A DNA stretch of 64,000 nt. Source: Candidatus Hydrogenedentota bacterium (GTDB taxonomy: Bacteria > Hydrogenedentota > Hydrogenedentia > Hydrogenedentales > SLHB01). A model generated the notes under the pieces. That model had not been told where the DNA came from and made no database searches. It saw only the letters and a list, made by a program, of their open reading frames with translations. Position numbers and translations under genes: made by a program. Of this stretch, positions 49,342-58,178 are shown piece by piece (the first letter of the stretch is position 1; each line of letters begins with the position of its first letter). The stretch is from positions 10,552 through 74,551 of the forward strand of contig JAWXCN010000152.1 of the NCBI GenBank assembly GCA_034408725.1, in the 5' to 3' direction.

Positions 49342-50364
49342 CTAATATCCGGCTTCAAGGTCCACGACATTCTTCAATGGCAGTCCCTGCGCAAACCTTC
49401 CGATATTGTCACGGATGAGCGTGAGCGTGCGCGGCTCCCGTCCGTCGGAAGTTCCGGCCATGTGCGGCGTGATGATGACGTTTGGCAGTTTCCAGAGCGG
49501 GTGATTTGCGGGTAGTGGTTCAGGCTCCGTTACGTCCAACCCAGCGCCGCCGAGGTGTCCGGACTCGAGTGCTTGCGTCAACGCATCCGTGTCAATTACG
49601 CCACCGCGCGAGATGTTAACGATGAATGCGCCGGGCTTCATCGCGGCGATTTCTTTCGCGCCAAGCATGTGTTTCGTTGCGCCCGTAAGCGGTACCGCGC
49701 ACATGACCACGTCGGCGCCGGGCAGGAAACTCAGCAGTTCGTCGGGCCTGCCAACCTGATCGACGCTCTGCATCATCGGGATGTCCTTCACATCCAACGC
49801 GATGACGCGCATGCCGAAGGCTTTCGCCCTATCGGCAATTTGGGCGCCAGCTCCGCCAAGTCCGATTATCAACATGGTCTTATCGCGCAGATCGAGCAGT
49901 TTCAATCCTGATGAACGATCAAAAGCACCAGTTTCCATTGCATTGGTGTAGAACCGCATGTTACGCGTCAGCGAAAGCAACAGCGCGAACGCGTGGTCGG
50001 CGAGCTGCGGACCCATGATTATCTTGGCGTTGGTGAGCACAAGCCCGCGCTCCTGCCAAGGCTTGAGCCAAACCATGCCTTCCATACCTGCATAGCGTGC
50101 CTGAATCCAGCGCAATTTTCCGGCAGATTTCATCATGGACTCATCGGGTTCACCGATGACACCGTCGCATTCGGGAATGCGATTCGCCATTTCGCCCGTG
50201 CTCGCATAGGTGATCAATTGCAGATTGGGATACTGCCCGACAATATCGGAGAGGTCTTTGGCGATATGTTCGGGCGCGAGCACGCGCACGGGATCAGCGG
50301 CATGCGCGAAAAATGCGACGGCCATTGAACAATAAACCGCGAAAAGCCGGATACGCGTTTTCAC
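49342..50364 (-). CDS. D-2-hydroxyacid dehydrogenase with an apparent N-terminal signal peptide
   Basis: GLGGAG, NISRG, LDVTEPEPLP, TPHMAG. N-terminus MKTRIRLF..AFFAHA|AD. Confidence 0.88.
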   Translation of the reverse strand: MKTRIRLFAVYCSMAVAFFAHAADPVRVLAPEHIAKDLSDIVGQYPNLQLITYASTGEMANRIPECDGVIGEPDESMMKSAGKLRWIQARYAGMEGMVWLKPWQERGLVLTNAKIIMGPQLADHAFALLLSLTRNMRFYTNAMETGAFDRSSGLKLLDLRDKTMLIIGLGGAGAQIADRAKAFGMRVIALDVKDIPMMQSVDQVGRPDELLSFLPGADVVMCAVPLTGATKHMLGAKEIAAMKPGAFIVNISRGGVIDTDALTQALESGHLGGAGLDVTEPEPLPANHPLWKLPNVIITPHMAGTSDGREPRTLTLIRDNIGRFAQGLPLKNVVDLEAGY

Positions 50365-50366
50365 CG

Positions 50367-51728
50367 CTATGCGTTCACGAGGTCTTTGGCGTGCGCGTGA
50401 ATCTTCTCGATGGCGTCCGCGATTTGGTCCATGTCTTCACGAGGACCCAGAAGCATGTTCTGCGTGAACCATACGGCCTGTTCGGTCACTTTGTCGTTCT
50501 CGGGACACGGAATGCGTTCGAGGTATTCGTCGATCCGCTTCTTGCCGTACACCTTCATATAAGTACGCGACGTGACGCGCTCGCGAATGTACGGCTCTTC
50601 GTTCAGTTTTCGATAGCCCGTCGAACCGGGTATGCCCTCGGCACTGAGCGCTTTCAGAAAATCCGCGCGCGAAAGGCCAGCGAATTGTTCGGGATCGTAG
50701 CGAAACATGTAGAGGTGATACGCGTTTCGCGTGCAGCCTTCGTAAGGTTTCACGGGAGTGATGCCGGGGACCTTTCCGATGCGCGAGGTCAGATGCGCGG
50801 CATTCGTTTCGCGGGTCTTGCTCTGCGCTTCGACCCGTTCGATCTGTCCGAGCAGAATCGCGCCCTGAAATTCCGTGAGGCGCAGGTTTGCGCCATGCCG
50901 CGCGTATGCGCCTTCGTGTTTCGTGCCTGGATAACCGCGTCCGTTGGAATGAAATGCGTATGCCGCATGCATAATCGCGTCATCGTTGGTGACCATTGCG
51001 CCGCCGTCGCCGCAGCTAATATTTTTCGATACCTGAAAACTGTAACACCCCGTCGCGCCGAAATTGCCGAATTTCATGCTGCGCCATTCCCCCAGGTGCG
51101 ACTGGCATGCATCCTCGACCACGGCGATATTGCGGTTCGTAGCGATGGCGGCGACAGCGTCCACGTCATAGGCCGCGCCGCCAAGGTGCACAGGGATCAT
51201 GCAGCGCGTGTTTTCCGTGAGTGCGGCTTCGATCTTTGTGGCGTCGATCTGAAACGTATTAATATCCGTATCGACAAATACCGGCAGAGCGTGGTGCATG
51301 AAGACCGCGTTGATTGTGGCAGAGAATGTATACGGCGGCACTATAACTTCGTCTCCCGGGCCGATATCGAGCGCGTTAAGCGAAGCGATAAGCGCGCTGG
51401 TGCCGTTCGCAATTGCGAGGCAATGCTTCACGCCGAGCATTTCGGCGAATTTCTTCTCGAAATCAGTAACGTTGGTTGCGCCGCCACCAAACCGGTACCA
51501 GGCTTTTTTCCGCAACGTCTCGACCCAAAGCTCTTCTTCGGCTGAATCGAAAACCGGCCACGACGGAAATCCCTCAGTGCGCACGGGAGTACCGCCAAGC
51601 AGTGCGGGTTTGGCCGCTTCGGCGACCGCGATACTCACCGCGGTGGGCCGGACTGCGGCGGCGGTGGCCGCCAGCGCGATTGTGGCGCCTTTCAAAAACT
51701 GGCGGCGTTCGACTTGATCGATCGGCAT
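50367..51728 (-). CDS. DegT/DnrJ/EryC1/StrS aminotransferase with Tat signal
   Basis: ERRQFLKG leader, NGTSAL, EDACQ, SFQVSKN (PLP lysine), GANLRLTEFQ. Confidence 0.9.
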   Translation of the reverse strand: MPIDQVERRQFLKGATIALAATAAAVRPTAVSIAVAEAAKPALLGGTPVRTEGFPSWPVFDSAEEELWVETLRKKAWYRFGGGATNVTDFEKKFAEMLGVKHCLAIANGTSALIASLNALDIGPGDEVIVPPYTFSATINAVFMHHALPVFVDTDINTFQIDATKIEAALTENTRCMIPVHLGGAAYDVDAVAAIATNRNIAVVEDACQSHLGEWRSMKFGNFGATGCYSFQVSKNISCGDGGAMVTNDDAIMHAAYAFHSNGRGYPGTKHEGAYARHGANLRLTEFQGAILLGQIERVEAQSKTRETNAAHLTSRIGKVPGITPVKPYEGCTRNAYHLYMFRYDPEQFAGLSRADFLKALSAEGIPGSTGYRKLNEEPYIRERVTSRTYMKVYGKKRIDEYLERIPCPENDKVTEQAVWFTQNMLLGPREDMDQIADAIEKIHAHAKDLVNA

Positions 51729-51752
51729 GAACTTCCCCTAGTGCGTCTCTGT

Positions 51753-52190
51753 TTATGCGGTGAAATGTTCCCAGGCGCGTTGTTCCAGCGATTCATGAAC
51801 TTTGACGCGATCTTCCTCCGACAAATATCGGTCGAGCGCAGCCCAAAATTCATCCCACATGAATCGCAGCACGAGAACGTCCTCGTGCGCCATGACGGTG
51901 GCGGTGCGCATTTTTTTGGGATTGAACTGCATGACTTCCCCGAGCAATTCGGGCGCCTTCGATTTGGAATCAGGCATATCAGATTTATGAATGCGCACTG
52001 ACCCTGTCAGCAGGATAAAGCCGCGGTTACGCCCCGTGCTGCCTTCGCGAGTCATGCGATGGCCCTTGCGAAGACGGCGGACCTCTGCAACTTCTTTGAT
52101 TGCGGTGACGATAGTTTCGCGGATTGCCGGTTCAAAGTCGGCCACCCACGGCACGTTCAAGATTGCCTCTCGAATATCGTCCGGTCCCAT
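51753..52190 (-). CDS. Stand-alone cyclic nucleotide-binding domain protein
   Basis: FILLTGSV, LGEVMQF..RTATV phosphate-binding cassette. Confidence 0.8.
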   Translation of the reverse strand: MGPDDIREAILNVPWVADFEPAIRETIVTAIKEVAEVRRLRKGHRMTREGSTGRNRGFILLTGSVRIHKSDMPDSKSKAPELLGEVMQFNPKKMRTATVMAHEDVLVLRFMWDEFWAALDRYLSEEDRVKVHESLEQRAWEHFTA

Positions 52191-52219
52191 TCATTCCTCC
52201 CTTTCGAGCATGGTCCGCC

Positions 52220-52666
52220 TTAGCGCAAGAAATGCTCCCATGCCTGACTTTCAAGGACCTCGCGAAGCTTGACAATTTCGTCCGGTTTCAAAGCCGCCTC
52301 GGCCTTCTGCCAGAACTCATCCCACATGAAACGGAGCACGACTGATTCCATTGCGCCCGCGCAGGTTGCAGTGCGGACCCCCGCGGGATTGAACTGCATA
52401 ATCTCGCCGACGAGTTCGGGCGCCTTGCAGGTGACATCGGGGAAACCTTCCTTGCGCACCAGCACAGCGCCTTGCATCAGAATATAGCCCTTGTTGTCGA
52501 CGTGTTCCCACTGATGGATGAACACACCGCCTGCCGGGACAACGCGCGCGACGCTTATTGCCTGAAAAATATCGGTGATTTTCTCGCGGAGCTCCGGCTC
52601 CAGATCGGTCATGATGCGCAGACTGAGAATTTTTTCGCGGACTTCATCCATATCCATGGCGTTCAC
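52220..52666 (-). CDS. Stand-alone cyclic nucleotide-binding domain protein (paralogue)
   Basis: YILMQGAV, VGEIMQF..RTATC. Shares APEL.GE.MQFNP, LRFMWDEFW and AWEHF with its neighbour. Confidence 0.8.
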   Translation of the reverse strand: MNAMDMDEVREKILSLRIMTDLEPELREKITDIFQAISVARVVPAGGVFIHQWEHVDNKGYILMQGAVLVRKEGFPDVTCKAPELVGEIMQFNPAGVRTATCAGAMESVVLRFMWDEFWQKAEAALKPDEIVKLREVLESQAWEHFLR

Positions 52667-52723
52667 CTCCAGTGGGTAATTTTGGACAAAGCCACACCCC
52701 GCAGGATTCTATCACGGGACGGG

Positions 52724-53554
52724 TCAGATGCCGAATCCGCCGGTGACTTCGAGTGTATGCCCCGTAATGTAGGAAGCGTATGGCGAGGCGAGCAACAAAA
52801 CACCGCCGGCGGCCTCTTCCGCGGTGCCGGTGCGCCCGAGCGGGACCATCATGGTCATCATGTCCCGCATATGCTGTGGAATTCCAAGGGACACGACGTT
52901 CCCCTTTACCGTAATTTGCTCTCCGTCCTCTTTCGGCTGAATGAGGCGCGTTTCAATGGCGCCGAACGCCACGGCGTTGCATCGAATATTGAACTGTCCC
53001 CATTCCTTCGCGACCGTTTTTGTCATGCCGACAATTCCCATCTTCGCCGTTGCATAGTTTATTTGGCCGGCGTTGCCATGCAACCCCGAGGTGGACGAAA
53101 TATTGATAATGCATCGCGGTTCCGGTGGCAGGCCCATGCCGGTTTCCTTTTTCGCGGCCTCGCGCATGTGTGGGACCGTCGCGCGAATCATGCGAAATGG
53201 CGCGCCGAGGTGTACGTCTATAATGGCGGCCCATTGCTCGTCCGTGGTTTTCTGGATGACACTGTCCCAGGTGTAGCCGGCATTATTAACGAGAATGTGC
53301 AGCGCGCCGAACTTTTCGACCGCAGCGTCCATCAACTGCGCCGGGAACGCAGGGTCCGTTACGTCTCCGTATACGGAGATGGCCGCTCCCCCGCTTCGGC
53401 GGATTTCCATCGCAACGGCTTCGGACGGTTCCATGTCCAGGTCTGAAACAACGACACTTGCCCCGTGCTCCGCGAAGAGCTTTGCGGTGGCAGCACCAAT
53501 TCCGCGGCCCGCGCCGGTGATTATCGCGGTCTGATTTTCGAGCAAGCGTGCCAT
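52724..53554 (-). CDS. SDR, 3-oxoacyl-ACP/CoA reductase-like
   Basis: TGAGRGIG, NNAGYTWD, GQINYATAK, ITGHTLEVTGG. GAAGGA RBS. Confidence 0.9.
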   Translation of the reverse strand: MARLLENQTAIITGAGRGIGAATAKLFAEHGASVVVSDLDMEPSEAVAMEIRRSGGAAISVYGDVTDPAFPAQLMDAAVEKFGALHILVNNAGYTWDSVIQKTTDEQWAAIIDVHLGAPFRMIRATVPHMREAAKKETGMGLPPEPRCIINISSTSGLHGNAGQINYATAKMGIVGMTKTVAKEWGQFNIRCNAVAFGAIETRLIQPKEDGEQITVKGNVVSLGIPQHMRDMMTMMVPLGRTGTAEEAAGGVLLLASPYASYITGHTLEVTGGFGI

Positions 53555-53564
53555 CGTCGTTCCT

Positions 53565-56500
53565 TCATTGTATGTGGACACGGAGTTCATGGATGGACCA
53601 CCACAGATCGTCCGCCTCTCCCGATTGTTCGATGCGGAGGTATCGCGCGCGTTGCGGTGCAAATTTAATCTCTGTGACGAAACTGCTGCCTTGACCGCTT
53701 GCGACGGGTTCTCCCCATGCCGCAGCGTCTTGCGACATCAACACCTTGTATTCGCGTGGGTAATCTCCAGGCGATGCACCCGTGTCCAACGTAATCCCCG
53801 AGACATCTGCCATGTATCCCAGATCGATTACGAGCCATTGCCCGGCTTTCTGCCGTTCACGCGTGGTCCAACGGGTAGTGGGATTCCCATCGTGCGCCAG
53901 CCCAAGTTCTTCGGAGTTATGCGATGCCGTGAAGGAGATCGACGCAGTGCGCAAGTGCTCGAGGGTCAGCGCGGCTTCCTGCTTCACGGCCGGGTCTTCG
54001 GCATAGGGCAGCACGACGGCGGCAAGCCTGGGGTCACGCTGATTCGCAATGCTCGCAAACACGACCTTGCGTTCATCACCAGTTCGCGCAGCAATAAGCG
54101 CGGCGCCGTATTGTTCGGGGAGGTCGCCGTCGTTCTGTGGCATCTCGATCATTCGAAGATAGCCTCTAAGTGCAATGTCGCGTAATGGCGCTTCTTCTGT
54201 AGTCCTCGCGAGTTCCAACAAGTCCGTGATGGATGCGTTGGTTTCCCATTCGGCGAGCGCGCGCACGGCGGTTGCGCGAACCTCCGGGTTCTTGAGATCG
54301 GTTGCCGCCCGCAATGCGTCCAGCGTGGTTGGATCGTTAATTTTTCCCAAAACACGCAACATCGAGCAATAGCCGGGGATGCCTTGCTTCACTTCCGGCA
54401 ATACTGCCAGCGCTATGGCCGCGCTCTCGACGGGATTCGCGCTCCTATCCAGAAGCGCGATGACTGCCTTCTCCGCTTCGACGCGCGCGGCATCGCTTTG
54501 TTCCGCTGCAAGCATCCCAATAATTGGCTGTAATTGGTCGGGCGACGCAAGTTTTGCAAGCGTGGTATACAGTTCAGCACGGACAGTTTCATCGGGATCG
54601 TTTGCGCTGCCCAGCAACGCCGATACGGCAGCCCGGGCATTTCGCGCGCCAAGCGTGCGTACCAGTTCGCGTCGCACGGACGAATCAGCCGGCGCCAGCG
54701 CCGCGACTATGGAATTATCAACATCAACGCCGCGTAGTCTTGCTAGGCTGGCACGCGCGATTGGCGCCAAATCGTCGTCTGCCTTTGCCGCAAGATTCCC
54801 AAGCAGCGCCACACTGGAAGCATTTCCAAGCGCACCCAATGCAGCGACCGCCGCGCGCACTACGGCGGGATCGGCGTGTTGCACCGCGGCATTGACGGCG
54901 TCAAGCGCGACAGGTTCGCCACGGTCCTCGAGTGCGTTGATGAGCAGTATTTGCGCTGGCGCTGACAGTTCAGCCAGGGCGTCAGCAAGAGATTCTGATG
55001 CAGCCTCGCCCGGCAAACTTCGCGCTGCGGTGGCGGCACCGGCCTGAACGGTCGCTTCAGGACTTTTCAACGCGTCGATGATTCGCGGCGTTGCGCGGGC
55101 TGAATCTGTCGTAGCCAGGCCCTGCAACGCGGCAACTTGGCAACGCACGGAGGGCGCGAGTTCGAGCATGTGTGTATACAGTTCAGCCGCGGCAGCGCGC
55201 TCACCTCGAGCTTCTCGCGAAAGCGCGGCGCCCACGCATGCCGCTATCAATGTAGGAGATGATTCGGAAGTCGCAACCGCGAGCGCGGACAACAACGCTT
55301 TTTCCGCGTCTGCGCCGCCGATCTTTCCGAGGGCGGTTTGTGCAGCCTCGGCAAGCGCGGAATCGTCGTGACGCGCGAAAGGGGCGATGAGCATAAGCGA
55401 TTCTTTATCGCGGCGTTCGCCCAAGGAATTGATAATGCCGATGCGGGCCAGGCCTTCGGAGAGGGGTAATGCCGCGCGCAAGGCCGCTGCCGCGGCGGGT
55501 GTGTCCAGCCGTTCAAGGACATAGCGCGCTTCATTGGCAGTATCGGGCGATGCCAACAGCGCCGCGAACTTCGGTACAGCCTCGTCCGTCGCGCATAGGC
55601 GTAGAAGAGCCACCACGAGCCGGCGCGCATCCGGTGTGGGATTCGATTCCAATACGGCCAACAGCCTGCGCTCATACACGGAGCGCATTTCGGTATCTTC
55701 ATGCGAACTGATAATCCAATCGTGAATAAGTTTCGGAACAGACGCATCCTGGCCATTTTGGTACTGAGCGATATCCTTGAATGCCTCATCAACAAGAATC
55801 TGCAAACCCGCCGCGCGGGATTGTTCACGTTGTTCCGGCGGCAACAAATTGCTGGGGGTCGCATCCGCGGGGAGATCGCCGATGGCGAACTGTATTCCAT
55901 CCAGGTAATGTTGAAGCACGGTGGCATTCCAATAGGTGCTTTCATTGTGGCCAAGGGAACAATAAAACACGCGCCCCTGTCCGTAATGTTGTATCCACGA
56001 GATCGGATAGTCGTTGTCCGCGCGTTTGAGGCCGCCTTTGTCCATGTCGGTCTTTTCCACATTCAGACTGACGAGCACGCGAACCTTGTCACGCGAATAC
56101 GGCTGTGGCTTAAACTGATAGATTTCGTCCGTGATCGAAAATTCGCGCCCTTTGAACATGGCCGTAAGCGGGTGCGCGGGATCATCAAGCGCGCAGATAA
56201 CGGAATCGCCCCCTCCCCAGGGATGACCATCAAAATAGCCGCCCATCATCGCGCCATATTCTGGCCAGTCATAAAAACAATCTGTCGCGGCATGGATGCC
56301 GACGAGGCCTTTTCCGCCTTTGACGAAATCAACCAGCGATTTTCGCAAGGCGGCGTCCTCAAACAGTTCGCCGGTCGTGTTGAGCATGCAGACAGCGTGA
56401 AATTGCGCAAGATTCTCGGGTGCGAACACTGCCGGGTCATCGGAAGCAACGACGGAGTAAGCGCCCGTTTTCAAACCCATTTTTTCCAGAGTCGCAACAC

Positions 56501-56726
56501 CGAGTGGAATGGAGCTGTGCGCGAAGCCCTTGCACAGGGTAAACACCAGCAGCTTGCGAGGCGCGCCGGGTACAACAGTGGGTTTGGCGGGAATCGCCGC
56601 TTCTACTTTTGCAAGGTCGCCAGGATTCTGCGCGGTGGCGGAGAATGGCTGCGTTATGGTCAGCAATGCACACCAAACACTCAGAAAAGCACGCCGCATA
56701 CGCGATTCCGCTACAGCATCAGACAT
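53565..56726 (-). CDS. Secreted ThuA-like + HEAT repeat + F5/8 type C (discoidin/CBM32) protein
   Basis: Signal peptide, GFAHSSI, GIHAATD, DEIY, GRVFYCSLGH, Ala-rich HEAT repeats, DGNPTTRWTT..WLVIDLG..ARYLRI..WWSIHE. Confidence 0.88.
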   Translation of the reverse strand: MSDAVAESRMRRAFLSVWCALLTITQPFSATAQNPGDLAKVEAAIPAKPTVVPGAPRKLLVFTLCKGFAHSSIPLGVATLEKMGLKTGAYSVVASDDPAVFAPENLAQFHAVCMLNTTGELFEDAALRKSLVDFVKGGKGLVGIHAATDCFYDWPEYGAMMGGYFDGHPWGGGDSVICALDDPAHPLTAMFKGREFSITDEIYQFKPQPYSRDKVRVLVSLNVEKTDMDKGGLKRADNDYPISWIQHYGQGRVFYCSLGHNESTYWNATVLQHYLDGIQFAIGDLPADATPSNLLPPEQREQSRAAGLQILVDEAFKDIAQYQNGQDASVPKLIHDWIISSHEDTEMRSVYERRLLAVLESNPTPDARRLVVALLRLCATDEAVPKFAALLASPDTANEARYVLERLDTPAAAAALRAALPLSEGLARIGIINSLGERRDKESLMLIAPFARHDDSALAEAAQTALGKIGGADAEKALLSALAVATSESSPTLIAACVGAALSREARGERAAAAELYTHMLELAPSVRCQVAALQGLATTDSARATPRIIDALKSPEATVQAGAATAARSLPGEAASESLADALAELSAPAQILLINALEDRGEPVALDAVNAAVQHADPAVVRAAVAALGALGNASSVALLGNLAAKADDDLAPIARASLARLRGVDVDNSIVAALAPADSSVRRELVRTLGARNARAAVSALLGSANDPDETVRAELYTTLAKLASPDQLQPIIGMLAAEQSDAARVEAEKAVIALLDRSANPVESAAIALAVLPEVKQGIPGYCSMLRVLGKINDPTTLDALRAATDLKNPEVRATAVRALAEWETNASITDLLELARTTEEAPLRDIALRGYLRMIEMPQNDGDLPEQYGAALIAARTGDERKVVFASIANQRDPRLAAVVLPYAEDPAVKQEAALTLEHLRTASISFTASHNSEELGLAHDGNPTTRWTTRERQKAGQWLVIDLGYMADVSGITLDTGASPGDYPREYKVLMSQDAAAWGEPVASGQGSSFVTEIKFAPQRARYLRIEQSGEADDLWWSIHELRVHIQ

Positions 56727-58044
56727 TCAGTTTCCAGGGACTGCGCATGGCTTTCGCGAGCATTCGGTTTGCCTCGTCATCGCTCACGAAACGCTCATTC
56801 GCGGGATCCCATTTCAGCGGCCGTTTGAGATAATAGGCGATGTTGCCGAGGTGGCACACCGTGATCGTGCGCGCGCCAATTTCGACGTCGCAGACGGGCC
56901 GGCTGCGCGTTTGAATAGCTCGCAACCAATCGTCATGGTGGTTGTCACTGTTGTAAAGCTGGATTTCATTCGGGCCCGGAAGTTCTTTGACGAGATGCGC
57001 CGGATCGGTTTCGAGATAACCGCGATTCACCATGACACGGCCCAAGTCTCCAATGAATTCGACGCCGGCATTTCCGCCGGCCCCGCCACCATGCTGCATC
57101 GTCACGCCGTTCGCATATACGTACGTCAGCCGTTCATGCGTGGCATCTGGTGGATAGATTTCAACTGGGCCAGTCTCGTCCATACCGAGACCCCATTGCG
57201 CAATATCAAAATGGTGCGCGCCCCAATCCGTCATCATGCCGCCGGCATAGTCGCGATACGACCTCCAATTCGGCCACCCGTCATAATCCATGTCGGGCGC
57301 GATATCGGAATGATATGGCCGCATCGGCGCGGGGCCAAGCCAAAAATCCCAATCGAGCCCTTCCGGGGTCGGCTCCGCGGGGAGATAGCATTCTTCAGGC
57401 GGACCGCCAACGTTCACGTGTACGGTATGAACTTTACCAATGCGCCCATTCCGCACAAGTTCGCAAGCGACACGAAAACCGGTCTCCGAGCGTTGCTGGC
57501 TTCCAGTTTGGAAAACGACCGCATTGCGCCGGACTGCGTTGGCCATCGCGCGGGCTTCGTGAATGGTGTGGGACAGGGGCTTTTCGCAGTATATGTCCTT
57601 TCCCGCGTTCGCCGCGTCGATCACCTGGAGCGCGTGCCAGTGCTCCGGCGTGGCAATGACGACAGCATCGATATCCTCGCGCGCCAGTAGTTCGCGATAA
57701 TCCTTGCAAGCAACGCAGCCTGTGTATGTCCCTTGCCCCTCTTTTCCGGCGTAATGCTCATTCACCTGGTTTTTGTATCTCTCGAGTCGCCGCGATTCGA
57801 CATCGCACACGGCAATTACTTGGCAATTCGCTCGGCCAAGAAACGTTCCGACATGCCCCCCCATCTGTTTTCCCATGCCGATAAAGCCGATTCCCAGTCG
57901 ATTGTTCGCCGGCGCCGCGCCTTCAGCGCCCAGCGCGCGGGAGGTGATGATATTGGGCAAGACTAGGGACACGGTCAGCGCGGCCGAGTCACGCAGAAAT
58001 GAGCGGCGGTTTGTCCCGCGTGCGTGTGGCGAGTTGGGAGACAT
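56719..58044 (-). CDS. Gfo/Idh/MocA family oxidoreductase with Tat signal
   Basis: NRRSFLR leader, GFIGMGKQ, ATPEHWH, YCEKP, GSQQRS, DWGAHHFD. GGAGG RBS before ATG 58044. Confidence 0.92.
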   Translation of the reverse strand: MSPNSPHARGTNRRSFLRDSAALTVSLVLPNIITSRALGAEGAAPANNRLGIGFIGMGKQMGGHVGTFLGRANCQVIAVCDVESRRLERYKNQVNEHYAGKEGQGTYTGCVACKDYRELLAREDIDAVVIATPEHWHALQVIDAANAGKDIYCEKPLSHTIHEARAMANAVRRNAVVFQTGSQQRSETGFRVACELVRNGRIGKVHTVHVNVGGPPEECYLPAEPTPEGLDWDFWLGPAPMRPYHSDIAPDMDYDGWPNWRSYRDYAGGMMTDWGAHHFDIAQWGLGMDETGPVEIYPPDATHERLTYVYANGVTMQHGGGAGGNAGVEFIGDLGRVMVNRGYLETDPAHLVKELPGPNEIQLYNSDNHHDDWLRAIQTRSRPVCDVEIGARTITVCHLGNIAYYLKRPLKWDPANERFVSDDEANRMLAKAMRSPWKLNV

Positions 58045-58178
58045 TTGGGGGAACCTCCAGTGCTGACGTCGAAAACTGGCAACTTTTAACCAAATGAATG
58101 GGATTAGCGTAATGAAATCAAATCGCCGCCGCAAGTCTGGATAGGCATCGAAACTGCCGCGCACTATTTGCGGTGGCG

